From: a virus
Taxonomy: Duplodnaviria; Heunggongvirae; Uroviricota; Caudoviricetes
Length of the DNA: 64,000 nucleotides
Strand: one strand, 5' to 3'
Virus record (IMG/VR): IMGVR_UViG_3300017650_000009
The notes under the pieces were generated by a model, which made no database searches, had not been told where the DNA came from, and saw only the letters and a list, made by a program, of their open reading frames with translations. A program made the position numbers and the translations under genes. Positions 10,328 through 20,530 of this stretch are shown one piece after another. Every line of letters starts with the position of its first letter. Position 1 is the first letter of the stretch.

Positions 10328-11132
10328 TTTCGATCTACAAGTCATCGTTAACGAAAAACCAGTTCGTATCTACTCACATGAGGGCGACTCTTATATTGAA
10401 GGTCGCAAAGGATCTTCGTTTGAATTGGAATTCCATAACAAAACGAGTCAAAAGGTCCTGGTTGTTCCTAGCGTGGATGGCTTATCCCCGTTGGATGGTA
10501 AAGCTGCCGGAGCTGATTCGCCTGGTATGATTGCAAAGCCATTCTCGAAAATACGTATTCCAGGTTGGATGATTGATCTGCAAAATACTTCTCGCTTTGA
10601 ATTCCAAGACAAGCAGAAGTCCTATGCAAGATCAGTTACTGGTTCTACATCAAATGTTGGTGTAATAGGGGTACTAGTCTTTGCAGAAGAGGAAAAGATT
10701 GATATTACCAAGCTTTACCATGGTATGGTAAAGCCAGCAGAACCATTAGTCCCAGTTAATCCTTTTGCTCCGATTAATCCATATGTACCTGTTTGGTATT
10801 CAACTGATCAGACATATACGGTGGGTAGTATAAACCAGCTGACTACTAGTGCAAATACAGCATCAATCGATACGACTACTTTGCGAAGTGCTGAGCGTCG
10901 TATCACCCAAGATGATAACATTGGTGTGGGTTGGGGACAGAAAATCCAACACAAAGTCAAGGAAACGTCCTTCGATAAGGGAAAGCAACTGGCACAAATG
11001 TCCATCTTTTATGATTCTCTTACAAATCTAAAACGTATGGGAGTTATTATGGATCGCCAGACTTATGGCACATCAAGACCTAATCCATTCCCAGGAATTG
11101 GTTGCACACCACCTTCTGGTTGGAAGGGCTAA
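10320..11132 (+). CDS. hypothetical protein co-transcribed with the vWA gene
   Basis: Overlapping start; Ig-like N-terminus VLVVPSVDGL; Pro-rich C-terminus. Confidence 0.7.
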   Translation: MANFDLQVIVNEKPVRIYSHEGDSYIEGRKGSSFELEFHNKTSQKVLVVPSVDGLSPLDGKAAGADSPGMIAKPFSKIRIPGWMIDLQNTSRFEFQDKQKSYARSVTGSTSNVGVIGVLVFAEEEKIDITKLYHGMVKPAEPLVPVNPFAPINPYVPVWYSTDQTYTVGSINQLTTSANTASIDTTTLRSAERRITQDDNIGVGWGQKIQHKVKETSFDKGKQLAQMSIFYDSLTNLKRMGVIMDRQTYGTSRPNPFPGIGCTPPSGWKG

Positions 11133-11186
11133 AAATATTGACTAATCGGGTACCTACATGCAGGATACCCTAAAAAGAGGTACCCG

Positions 11187-11423
11187 ATGTCTAAATTTCA
11201 TGAAATTAATCTAACACCAAGGCAAGTTGATTTACTAGCACTTGCCTTGGACACAACAATCAATAATAGCCCAATGGCCCCCAGTCTTAAGGCCGAACTT
11301 GAAGGGTTGTTTGAGTTTTTCGATGAGCTATCAGAGGAAACACCTATTCCAAACAAACAAGTGAAAATTCACTTAGTTTTGAATAGAGATTCAAACATAA
11401 TCCCATTCGTTCCTAAAGGTTGA
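11187..11423 (+). CDS. hypothetical protein
   Basis: Promoter and GAGG SD. Confidence 0.55.
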   Translation: MSKFHEINLTPRQVDLLALALDTTINNSPMAPSLKAELEGLFEFFDELSEETPIPNKQVKIHLVLNRDSNIIPFVPKG

Positions 11424-11469
11424 CAACCATCTCCTTTGTGCTACATTGATACAAACAAAGGAGATCGAA

Positions 11470-11670
11470 ATGTCCAAGCGCAAGAACTTCCAGGCAAAGC
11501 GTCGTCAGATTCGCCGTGCACTCAACAAGGTCGGTGATGCTCTCTCCCAGATGGGCACCCGCAAGGCCGCTCGTATGTGCTATGGTCGTGCATTCTCCAA
11601 TAGCGAAGCATCCAGCATTGCTCGTGGCGCTCGCCAGGACAACAATCCACATTTTGAAGTTTTCTATTGA
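11470..11670 (+). CDS. small basic protein
   Basis: AACAAAGGAGATCGAA leader; Arg/Lys-rich. Confidence 0.65.
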   Translation: MSKRKNFQAKRRQIRRALNKVGDALSQMGTRKAARMCYGRAFSNSEASSIARGARQDNNPHFEVFY

Positions 11671-11677
11671 GGATAAT

Positions 11678-12220
11678 ATGAATATTGTGAAGTCCACCGA
11701 AGCTAAGATGCAGGCTACTCTCCGCAAATTTAAGGAGAATTTGGAAGGACTTTACACTGGAAGGGTTTCTCCCAAGATCCTCGCTCCGGTTATCGTTGAT
11801 AATTATGGAGCAAAAACACTCCTGCCGCATTTGGCATCTTTGAGTCTCGCTGATCCCCGTACAATTCGTGTTGATGTTTGGGATCCACAATTGGTCAAAT
11901 CTGTTGATCGAGCTATTCGGGAAAGCGGGCTCAACTTTAATCCACAAGTACATGGGAACTCATTGTTGATTCCTGTACCAGCGCCAACTACTGAGCGCCG
12001 TGAGCAACAAATCAAAGTCATCTATACGTATTTGGAAAATACAAAAATTACTTTGCGTGAGCATCGTAAAAATGCTCGAAATACGGCAACGCGAAGTGCT
12101 GAAATAAATGAAGCACAAGCGAATTCCATCGATAAAAAAGTTCAGGAACTTCTCGATCGTACAATAAACGAAGCACAAATTATTGCTTCGGCGAAAGAAG
12201 CAGAGATTCGGGATTTTTAA
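11678..12220 (+). CDS. frr: ribosome recycling factor
   Basis: LYTGRVSP...VDNYG...IRVDVWD...VDRAIRESGLNFNP...PAPTTERR. Confidence 0.9.
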   Translation: MNIVKSTEAKMQATLRKFKENLEGLYTGRVSPKILAPVIVDNYGAKTLLPHLASLSLADPRTIRVDVWDPQLVKSVDRAIRESGLNFNPQVHGNSLLIPVPAPTTERREQQIKVIYTYLENTKITLREHRKNARNTATRSAEINEAQANSIDKKVQELLDRTINEAQIIASAKEAEIRDF

Positions 12221-12304
12221 TGTCTGAGGAATTACAAGCGATTATGGCACTCAAAGCCTCTAGTCTGGTAATCCTTTGTGTAGGCATATATTTGGTTTGC
12301 ACAC

Positions 12305-12631
12305 ATGTATGGCATAATTACCAAAAGAAGCCCAAGTCGGAAAGTGATAAGCATGACAGCTAAGTATCTACTTGATTCTAGTAGATATCAACTGTTCGAT
12401 GCAACACCGTCGACGTCTGTGGAAATGTTTAGTATTTCCAACTTTCTTTGGAATTTTGCACGTGAGCATCGTCTTAGCCCTGGAATAGATATTTGGTGGG
12501 GTTCAGAAAAACAAATTCTTTCTAACCATTATGAACCACATGCGGATGAACGTATTCGCTATTATTGTGTTGATCCTAATATGATGGTACTTCTCAAATT
12601 ATCATTAAACAAGGAAACAATATGTGGTTGA
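12305..12631 (+). CDS. hypothetical protein (LKL tail)
   Basis: Ends MMVLLKLSLNKETICG. Confidence 0.55.
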   Translation: MYGIITKRSPSRKVISMTAKYLLDSSRYQLFDATPSTSVEMFSISNFLWNFAREHRLSPGIDIWWGSEKQILSNHYEPHADERIRYYCVDPNMMVLLKLSLNKETICG

Positions 12632-12987
12632 TCGACAAATATTTCAAAATAACCGGCGATACTCTGGAAGGTCAAGCCCAGCAAATACATGTACCATGTC
12701 GTGATAATCAATTTGTATTCAAAGAGAACATTGAGAATTACTATGGTATGAAACATCAACTCCTAATATATGTGTGCGAAGGATATCATCGGCAGCAATT
12801 GTTTCGAGCTATTCAATTGTATGGTGAAAATATTAAAACTATTTTGACCTTGGATCCTACTTTGGAAAATGTTGAATATTGTATTGGTGGATATGTAGTT
12901 GATGACTATACTGCAATATGCTCGTTGCAAGTTAAAGATATGAAACTCCTGGTGCGGGCAAAATTATCACTCTCCAACCTTGACTAA
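12622..12987 (+). CDS. hypothetical protein (AKL tail)
   Basis: Ends LLVRAKLSLSNLD. Confidence 0.55.
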   Translation: MWLIDKYFKITGDTLEGQAQQIHVPCRDNQFVFKENIENYYGMKHQLLIYVCEGYHRQQLFRAIQLYGENIKTILTLDPTLENVEYCIGGYVVDDYTAICSLQVKDMKLLVRAKLSLSNLD

Positions 12988-13167
12988 TAAACCATTTGTG
13001 TTAGACTCCGCATGATATAATGGAGGTTCAAATGGTCGATGCCGAAACAATATCGGAGGTCACGAGTATTACGACAATCTGATCTAAAAATCCCCCTGTT
13101 CTTTTGATTTGTCTGGTTGACTTAATTCCTATTTCTGTTAGATTGTAGCTAACAAAGGAGATCGAAC

Positions 13168-13530
13168 ATGGCAAACTACATTCTCAAGGCACGTACTTCG
13201 ACAATCCACATGATTGAACTGGGACGCAAAGTCGTTGGTTCAGCTCGTAAAGATGCTGATGGTACTTGGTTTGCTACGCTTCCGGAAAAGAATATCCGTG
13301 TTGTGGGTTTCGGATCCTCTGCTAGTGCATTCCGAGCAGTTATAACAACTGCAAATGTTTTCACGACAAACAAAGAATACGGTCTGGCCATCACGGGCTT
13401 ACTTCGTGGCACTGGTAACCCACAAGAGGAACTCGGCGCGTACAACGAAAAGGTTCTCGAAATAGCCAACTCGGTTAACTCGAAACGCGCAAACACCTAC
13501 AGTGTTCGTAATCGCAAAGTTCAGCTCTAA
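13168..13530 (+). CDS. hypothetical early protein
   Basis: GGTTGAC promoter and AACAAAGGAGATCGAAC leader. Confidence 0.7.
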   Translation: MANYILKARTSTIHMIELGRKVVGSARKDADGTWFATLPEKNIRVVGFGSSASAFRAVITTANVFTTNKEYGLAITGLLRGTGNPQEELGAYNEKVLEIANSVNSKRANTYSVRNRKVQL

Positions 13531-13584
13531 TTGGTTGACAACATCTCCAGGTGTGCTAAATTGGAACTAACAAAGGAGCACACA

Positions 13585-14214
13585 ATGGAAAAGTTCAAGA
13601 AACAGCTTTTGATTCTACGTTCGCAGCTACAGGGCGCAGGATACACGAGCGCGTTGCTTGCACTTGAAAAGTGTTTGCAGTACCACACAAAGACCCGTAA
13701 AGGTGGTCAACCTGAATGGTCTCATCAAATTGGTATTGCACTGTTCGCTCTTACCCTCCCACATATTCGTAATATGGAAAAGCTTATTTGCGTGATCCTA
13801 CTGCATGATGTGCGTGAGGATTATGGTGTAGGCCACGACGAACTCATTGGTTGGTTCCTCGATCGTGAGTTTGGTCTATCTGTTGCTCTGAGTGTGGATA
13901 ACATGACGAAGGAATTCAGAGGTGTTCGCCGTCCAGACGAGGTGATCTTTGGATTGCTTGCCGAGGATGAATATGGTTCGCTGGCCAAACTTTGCGATCG
14001 TATTCACAACTTGCAAACGATGGTCGGCGTGTTTACGATTGCCAAGCAAGTCGAATACATTGAGGAAGTACAAACGTATTTCCATCCAATGCTTAAGGCT
14101 GCGAAACGTCGTTTTACGCATCACATTCAAGCTTATGAGAACATCAAGCATATGATTACCTCACAAGTTGAATTGATCCAACACATACACAAGGCCAATG
14201 AATCACAAGCTTGA
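13585..14214 (+). CDS. RelA/SpoT-type HD hydrolase (small alarmone hydrolase-like)
   Basis: HTKTRKGGQPEWSH...LLHDVRED...AKLCDRIHNLQT. Confidence 0.85.
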   Translation: MEKFKKQLLILRSQLQGAGYTSALLALEKCLQYHTKTRKGGQPEWSHQIGIALFALTLPHIRNMEKLICVILLHDVREDYGVGHDELIGWFLDREFGLSVALSVDNMTKEFRGVRRPDEVIFGLLAEDEYGSLAKLCDRIHNLQTMVGVFTIAKQVEYIEEVQTYFHPMLKAAKRRFTHHIQAYENIKHMITSQVELIQHIHKANESQA

Positions 14215-14461
14215 AATAAAAATTAAAGATGTTTCTAGTTCGTTCTCTTACTATTATGGTCAGAGAACGATTATCTTTACCGCATACACAGATACTCGTA
14301 TAGTGGAATCTAAAGATTTTCTTCATGAGGTTAAACTGATGAGCCAGTGGGTAAGAACGACATTTCCCGATTCTGGTTCGAAGTGGAGATTTGTAACACC
14401 CGCATTGTTCATGTTTGAGGATATGAAAATTGCCACTGCCTTCAAATTAAAATATGGTTGA
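14198..14461 (+). CDS. hypothetical protein (FKLKY tail)
   Basis: Ends MFEDMKIATAFKLKYG; paralog of the next gene. Confidence 0.65.
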   Translation: MNHKLEIKIKDVSSSFSYYYGQRTIIFTAYTDTRIVESKDFLHEVKLMSQWVRTTFPDSGSKWRFVTPALFMFEDMKIATAFKLKYG

Positions 14462-14464
14462 AAA

Positions 14465-14761
14465 ATGAATTATCGAATTATCGAAAATACATCATACATA
14501 AACGAAGCCCTACAAGGGAAAAAGCCAGCTTGGTATTTCACTGTCGGCCAAGCACATAATAGTCAGCCAAATACCGTGCAACTGTTTGAACTTGCAGATG
14601 AAATCGAACGCTGGTTAACGGAAACATTTGGTGCTCCACGTTTCAAACACACACCGATGACGATTATATCGAATAAGAATATATGGGCGCGTCATTCCAT
14701 GCTGGGCTTTATGTTCACGGATATCAAGGCTGCAACGGCATTCAAACTCAAGTATGCTTGA
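14465..14761 (+). CDS. hypothetical protein (FKLKY tail)
   Basis: Ends MFTDIKAATAFKLKYA. Confidence 0.65.
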   Translation: MNYRIIENTSYINEALQGKKPAWYFTVGQAHNSQPNTVQLFELADEIERWLTETFGAPRFKHTPMTIISNKNIWARHSMLGFMFTDIKAATAFKLKYA

Positions 14762-14817
14762 ATATTGACGTATTTTACCCAATCCTAGTATAGTCGTGGG
14801 ATATTAGGAGATATTCC

Positions 14818-15543
14818 ATGACCACACAATTTAATGATACACTTGCTGACCTTGGTGGCGTATGTTTGTTCGACCCACTATCAAAAACATTTGCTAAGAA
14901 TTATTCGTTTTTGCGTGAGCGGACACCAGCAGATTGGGATACCATTGGGCAAATTTACCATGGTTTCCATCCAACCACTAAGGCCATTTATGTTCGTTTT
15001 GTAAACCCAAACAACAAACGTTTTGGTTCAATTGCACGCCTATATAAGAATAACTCCGGATATACTCCCTATTATAGCAACTATATCCCGCCTCAATCCA
15101 CAGTTATGCATTCGTGGAATAACTCGAAAAGTATTTCTAATCGTATTGAATGGGATGGTCGAACAAATCATCCATATCTTTACACTTGGGAAGATGATGT
15201 TGAGTGGCTTCCCAATTATAGTGGACCAACTGTTTGGGCTTATGATAAAGAACGTAGTAAGCGAGTAGATCAGAAGATCGCCTATGATCGCTTGGGTCGC
15301 GAAATTGAAGTGGGACAGTTCTGTTGTTATATCTTGTATAAGTTTGATGGACCTGGTGCAGCTAATATCTATTTCGGAACTGTTACGGAAATAGAACCAA
15401 ATGGCGATGTGCATTGCACGAACGTGACTTTGAGTTCCAAGGAAAAATCAGATAAGCGTAAAGTCAAAGATAGTAAGTTGATTACTATTCTTACGGATGA
15501 TTTGATGCGCCAACTTATGATGGCAAAATTATCCAATGGATAA
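14818..15543 (+). CDS. paralog family A protein (C-terminal SH3/KOW-like domain)
   Basis: RFGSIARL...WLPNYSG...DRLGREIEVG...FGTVTEI...MAKLS. Confidence 0.7.
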   Translation: MTTQFNDTLADLGGVCLFDPLSKTFAKNYSFLRERTPADWDTIGQIYHGFHPTTKAIYVRFVNPNNKRFGSIARLYKNNSGYTPYYSNYIPPQSTVMHSWNNSKSISNRIEWDGRTNHPYLYTWEDDVEWLPNYSGPTVWAYDKERSKRVDQKIAYDRLGREIEVGQFCCYILYKFDGPGAANIYFGTVTEIEPNGDVHCTNVTLSSKEKSDKRKVKDSKLITILTDDLMRQLMMAKLSNG

Positions 15544-15600
15544 AAATGGTGGTTGACTTTCGAGTCAACCACAAATATATTGGATAAATAATTAGTGCTT

Positions 15601-15693
15601 AGAGAGGTGGCCGAGCGGCTGAAGGCACTCCCCTGCTAAGGGAGCAGGCGGCTAATACCCGTCTCGAGGGTTCGAATCCCTTCCTCTCTGCCA
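15601..15693 (+). tRNA. tRNA-Ser(GCT)
   Basis: Cloverleaf, long variable arm, CCA. Confidence 0.92.
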
Positions 15694-15725
15694 ACACACT
15701 TAATCCCCCAAATCGTGAAAGTCAT

Positions 15726-16103
15726 ATGAATCACCCAAAAGATTTGCAAGAAGCTGCTGTCGATTTATCTCGTAAGATCGGTAATCCCGATGCACTCGAT
15801 GAGATAACAGAAGCATTGGCTAATGAGCGTGAAAGAAATCGAGCAGAAATTGAACATTGGCGTTGTCAATGGAGAGCTAGTTCTTTTGGCTTGGATGCAA
15901 GCGCTGCCGTTGCGGATGATTGTAGGCGGTTTACTAAGGAAATCATCGGATCAAATTGCACATTTGTCGATGATGATCTCAAATTACTTGCGACACTTGC
16001 TGATGCCGCAGTCGAAGCTGGACTCTATAGGGGTTTGCCACAGAAATTCATCGACTCCATTGAAGAGCGTCGTGTTGCACGTCGTCAGGGCGATGTTGAA
16101 TAA
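15726..16103 (+). CDS. hypothetical protein
   Basis: 125-aa ORF in strand context. Confidence 0.55.
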   Translation: MNHPKDLQEAAVDLSRKIGNPDALDEITEALANERERNRAEIEHWRCQWRASSFGLDASAAVADDCRRFTKEIIGSNCTFVDDDLKLLATLADAAVEAGLYRGLPQKFIDSIEERRVARRQGDVE

Positions 16104-16143
16104 CATGGCAACCTATGCTATCATAAGCTAAAGGAGAAACATC

Positions 16144-17007
16144 ATGCTTGTATATGCTGCTATCGGTGATGCTTATGGTGCTGCATTTGAATTCGTAGAT
16201 CATTCACGTTGGCCCGACAATGATGGGTTACATTTTTATGCTCATCCGGATTTGCCTTTGGGTAATGGCAAATATACCGATGATACACAAATGATGCTTG
16301 CTCTTGCACGTTTGCTTTTGGATTCAAATTCGTCTGAACTCCCAGACGCTGAAGAGTTCTTTGACGCATGGTTGACCACGTATAAGGAAAATCCGATTGA
16401 TGGTTATTCGAGTGGAATGAAAAAGCTACTTGAAGAATCAACAGATGCATTGGATCTAATGCAACGCCTGGTGCCGTCTAGTTCTCGTAGTGGTGCAGTA
16501 ATGCGAAGTGCGGTGCTAGGGTTCCTACCATCTGTTCTTATGTTAAAGAATTGGTCACGCAAACAAGTATCGACAACTCACAACACGGATATTTCACGTT
16601 ATTGTGGTAGTGCAATTAGTTTGGCTGCCCACTATTTGTTCCATCAAGTCGGTCCGCGTGATTCACTAGGTGAGTTTCTAAATAGGAATGCAGATTCACC
16701 TGTAAGCTTTATCGATTGGAATGAAGACCGTACGGAATGGGCGTCTGTGGAGGCCGTAGACTGTGCTAGGAACGCAATCACTGCATGGCGTAACTCGCGT
16801 ACTCTTACAGAGGTTCTCACAAACAGCGTAGCTCCTGGAGGCGATACTGACACTGTCGCGTGTATTGCAATGGCACTGGCATGGTGTGATGACACGATAA
16901 CAAACGATTTACCAACAAGTATGATTAATCAACTCAATGGTGGTGATTTCGGATTTGAATATCTTTTCAACACAACAAATGAGTTGATACGGAAATTTTC
17001 ACGATGA
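16144..17007 (+). CDS. ADP-ribosylglycohydrolase (DraG/ARH family)
   Basis: AIGDAYG, YTDDTQM, SGAVMR, GGDTDTVACIA. Confidence 0.92.
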   Translation: MLVYAAIGDAYGAAFEFVDHSRWPDNDGLHFYAHPDLPLGNGKYTDDTQMMLALARLLLDSNSSELPDAEEFFDAWLTTYKENPIDGYSSGMKKLLEESTDALDLMQRLVPSSSRSGAVMRSAVLGFLPSVLMLKNWSRKQVSTTHNTDISRYCGSAISLAAHYLFHQVGPRDSLGEFLNRNADSPVSFIDWNEDRTEWASVEAVDCARNAITAWRNSRTLTEVLTNSVAPGGDTDTVACIAMALAWCDDTITNDLPTSMINQLNGGDFGFEYLFNTTNELIRKFSR

Positions 17008-17203
17008 ATGAAACACCCAAACGGAATGGCATTATTTTCTACTGCATGATCTTATCGGCAATCACGCTTATTGCAGCGATGGAAGTATCCGATTATTTTA
17101 AGAATCGGGCAGCTTTGCGACAGATGGAAATATATTACGCCGAGCGTGAGCGCACTAGACAACTAGTGGACGAACTATTACAGGCTAAATAAACTTGATG
17201 AAT

Positions 17204-17280
17204 GGCCCCTTAGCTCAGCTGGATAGAGCAGCGGACTTCTAATCCGCAGGTCGTAGGTTCGAATCCTACAGGGGTCGCCA
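17204..17280 (+). tRNA. tRNA-Arg(TCT)
   Basis: Cloverleaf, loop CTTCTAA, CCA. Confidence 0.95.
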
Positions 17281-17295
17281 ACAAGTGAGGGTACG

Positions 17296-17799
17296 ATGTT
17301 AGCTGAAGGTGTTTCAATAATTCGTGAGGAACAATGGGATTGGGATGGACAATACATTATTGGACCCGGTCGCACATATTGTTTTGAATTCTTTTTGAAA
17401 CCCAATGATCCCGATTATGTTTATCCGGATGATCATCATCATTATGAGAAACACCCAGGACATTGTCATCCACATAAACATCGTCATCAATTTCATCCTG
17501 GCTCTCCCGGTAGTTATTGGTGGATCGAGGCAGTACATGATAAACCCACGGCTCAAGATCTATCCCTACAATGCTGGTTTTCTTTGAAGCCCAATGGTCA
17601 GCAATTCTTTCCTTGTGTCGATAACATGGATATCTTTCCATTGGTTCGTCAAGCTCGAACAATTCTTATTGGAGCCGAAGGGACCAAATCACGATGGCAC
17701 ATGCCCGTGAATACACCAAATTATTTGATGGTTAAAAATCTGCAAAATTCCGAAAACATTTTCAAACTTTCTTTCCTAGAACATTTAGTTGGAGCTTGA
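17296..17799 (+). CDS. hypothetical protein with His-rich insert
   Basis: DDHHHYEKHPGHCHPHKHRHQFH. Confidence 0.6.
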   Translation: MLAEGVSIIREEQWDWDGQYIIGPGRTYCFEFFLKPNDPDYVYPDDHHHYEKHPGHCHPHKHRHQFHPGSPGSYWWIEAVHDKPTAQDLSLQCWFSLKPNGQQFFPCVDNMDIFPLVRQARTILIGAEGTKSRWHMPVNTPNYLMVKNLQNSENIFKLSFLEHLVGA

Positions 17800-17848
17800 C
17801 TTCTAGGATGGTGTTGCTATAGTTGGGCGACATCAAAAAGGAGTAAAC

Positions 17849-19270
17849 ATGCTTTACGGACATAAGGAAATGGTTGACAATCGTATTGGTACGATTGTTA
17901 GCTCAGCAACTACGGTCGAGGAATACGGCGAGTTCATCGCAATCGTCGTTAACCAGTCCAAAAAGACTCGCAACTTCAACGAAGTGTTTACGAGTAAGGC
18001 CCTTCAGCACATGATGGAAGAAATGTATTCGGGATTCAAAAAGCCCGTTCACGTTTTCTATCACGACGACGAAGCGCAGCGTGACGCTTTCTTCAAGGAA
18101 TGGAAAATTGAAGAAGTGAATAACGTTCAGGCGCGTGACAAGCAGGGCGATATGGTGTTCGACGAAAAGTATCGTCGAGAAAACGCCGAAAAGCAGACAC
18201 GCGATGCAGCTATGGAAGCTGCAGAAAAGGCCGGCGTTGACTATACGGGGGATCGTGAACCGACTCTTGCCGAAAAGTTTGGCCTTACTGAAAATGACCC
18301 TTGGGATCGTCGTTCGGAAGCTGATCGTGAACGCGATGAAGAAATGCGCCAGCATATGAAACGTGCGAAGGAAGCCGGTACTATGTCCGATGATAGCTTC
18401 GATGCACCAGCACCAAAGCGTGGTGCAGAACCCGACGTTATGCAGGTGCCTGGACAGTCAGCACCGGGTAACGGAATTCTCAAAATCACAGATATTGATG
18501 GTCTAACCAATCCTGATGGTACGATTAACATCGACAATATCAGCAATATCCGTGCAAGCAAGACTGGTGGACCAGTCGACGAAAACCTCAAGGCCGAACG
18601 TGAGAAGCAGTTCGAGGAAAAGAAAGCTGAAAAGCTTAATGGACGTTCCACGTTCTCTCCGGAAGATTTTGCAAAGGTTCTCGCAGGCAATGGCGGATCC
18701 ATCCCAGGGCGCACCGAAGGTGACAATTCCATCGATAATGGCGCAAAGCCGGTCGATTTGTCCGGGTTGAGTGAAGAAGCGGAAAAGGCTCGTACCGAGC
18801 AGGCAAACCGTGAGAAATCCGCTATGGATCAGACTCGTCAGGAAAACGATCTCAAGGCAAAACAGGAACGTGATCAGGGAGTATTCCGTGGTGCGGACTT
18901 GTTCGGCGAAGATGAAATTGAACTTTCCGAAATGCCGGATGAACTACGCAATGAGCTGGTTCAGATTGGTGCACTTGACAACACCATGCCGATAAAGGAC
19001 TATCCGTTCAACAGTCAGGTCGGAAATAAGGCTTTGCTTCCGTTCTCCCAATACGGGAAGATCATGCAGGGTGGCTCCAAACAGGGCGGTATGATTACGA
19101 CGATCGCCGGCACTGTTAATGTGAATATTGAAGGTACGATGAGCATGGGTGAAACCAGTGTTGCTGTGGTAAGCCGCAAAGACATTCATCGTGAAGGTTA
19201 TGTCGTGTTCCAGCGCACTGGTGGCGCATTGGGCTCGACAATTACAACTTCCATCGTTCGCATTCGATAA
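17849..19270 (+). CDS. large acidic hypothetical protein
   Basis: 473 aa, charged low-complexity core; own promoter, SD and terminator. Confidence 0.75.
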   Translation: MLYGHKEMVDNRIGTIVSSATTVEEYGEFIAIVVNQSKKTRNFNEVFTSKALQHMMEEMYSGFKKPVHVFYHDDEAQRDAFFKEWKIEEVNNVQARDKQGDMVFDEKYRRENAEKQTRDAAMEAAEKAGVDYTGDREPTLAEKFGLTENDPWDRRSEADRERDEEMRQHMKRAKEAGTMSDDSFDAPAPKRGAEPDVMQVPGQSAPGNGILKITDIDGLTNPDGTINIDNISNIRASKTGGPVDENLKAEREKQFEEKKAEKLNGRSTFSPEDFAKVLAGNGGSIPGRTEGDNSIDNGAKPVDLSGLSEEAEKARTEQANREKSAMDQTRQENDLKAKQERDQGVFRGADLFGEDEIELSEMPDELRNELVQIGALDNTMPIKDYPFNSQVGNKALLPFSQYGKIMQGGSKQGGMITTIAGTVNVNIEGTMSMGETSVAVVSRKDIHREGYVVFQRTGGALGSTITTSIVRIR

Positions 19271-19303
19271 TACGGAGGGGGAGAGGCAACTCTCCCCATA
19301 GCC

Positions 19304-19744
19304 ATGGCTGCAAAACTTGATAACTTAACATTGCTTGCGGTGATGCATCATTGGTTGCTTTGCCCAAAGGCCAGTGACACAACGAAATACGCGACTTATA
19401 ACAAATATATTGAATCTGATTCCTTTAAGGAATTATTGGAACATACCGAGCTATTCAATAAACTCCTAGTATATCTGCGATTATATCGGGATATCAAACA
19501 GCTTCACTACCGAATTGATCATGCGCATCGAACAACTCCCATTCGTCGAATGTTCGATTATATTCGCCGTAAAATGGGATTCTCCACTCCATATACCAGG
19601 CTTCTAGCCGAGTATAACAAACGGGTAGCGGATGCAGAAAAAGCTTACAAAGATTATGAGTTTCTTCGTAAGCTTTCTGCTAATGATTTATTGCTCGTGT
19701 TTATGGTTGAACGTCCTGATTTTAAGCAGTCGTTCTTACGCTAG
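19304..19744 (+). CDS. hypothetical protein
   Basis: 146-aa ORF. Confidence 0.55.
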   Translation: MAAKLDNLTLLAVMHHWLLCPKASDTTKYATYNKYIESDSFKELLEHTELFNKLLVYLRLYRDIKQLHYRIDHAHRTTPIRRMFDYIRRKMGFSTPYTRLLAEYNKRVADAEKAYKDYEFLRKLSANDLLLVFMVERPDFKQSFLR

Positions 19745-20530
19745 GAATCGACGTAACTGGTCCTTTAACTCAAGCATACGATTCTTATGTTCCTGTGGAT
19801 TGTCACCCAAAGCAATTGCTGCCCCTACTTCCATAGCTGTATCAAGTAGATCATCTAGGATTTGCTCTGCTTCGGTCCATTCAACCAGTGTTGAAGCACT
19901 CTCATTGAGTCCAGCTTGCGCACGGAGTTGATCCAACTTGGCATCATAACGTTTGCCCCACGAAGTAATCTTATCATAGAACTTGCGAGCCCAAGCGCGA
20001 ATGTTATCGAAGATACCTTCATTTAGCTCAACGCTTTCCATACGCTTGTCAGATGCTTTTAGGGATGGAGCTTTTTGAATGGTAGTGGAAAACTTGTTCT
20101 TCAAACCTTCTAGCACGGCTACGAGTTCTGGAGTCAAATGGCCTTCTAGCTCTTCGAGTACTTTAGCATATTGGACTGACTTCTGAGGCGCTGGATCCTT
20201 GGTTAGGTTAAACGTAAACCCAACAGTCTCAACTACACGAGTACGGCAAGCATCTTCTGCATGAAACAGATCAGCGATTGCTTCGCGAGCTTCGCCTTTT
20301 ACTTCTTCCTTAAGCTGGTCAATCTTCTCAGATAGCCACTTAATGCGGTTCAAGTTACGGCCCAACTTAGTATAACGACCTGACTGATATGAACTAAGAT
20401 TTGCGATAACCTTTGTGATTTCGCCTTTCTTTTCCTCAGATGAATAGCTAACATTGGGATCCTTCAGTGGACCCTCATATGGGGCTTCCATAAGAACCAT
20501 CATCTTACGCATGTTTTCGGAATTACTCAT
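19736..20530 (-). CDS. probable late or virion-internal protein
   Basis: ATAAATA late promoter upstream; LME and LNE motifs. Confidence 0.6.
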   Translation of the reverse strand: MSNSENMRKMMVLMEAPYEGPLKDPNVSYSSEEKKGEITKVIANLSSYQSGRYTKLGRNLNRIKWLSEKIDQLKEEVKGEAREAIADLFHAEDACRTRVVETVGFTFNLTKDPAPQKSVQYAKVLEELEGHLTPELVAVLEGLKNKFSTTIQKAPSLKASDKRMESVELNEGIFDNIRAWARKFYDKITSWGKRYDAKLDQLRAQAGLNESASTLVEWTEAEQILDDLLDTAMEVGAAIALGDNPQEHKNRMLELKDQLRRFLA

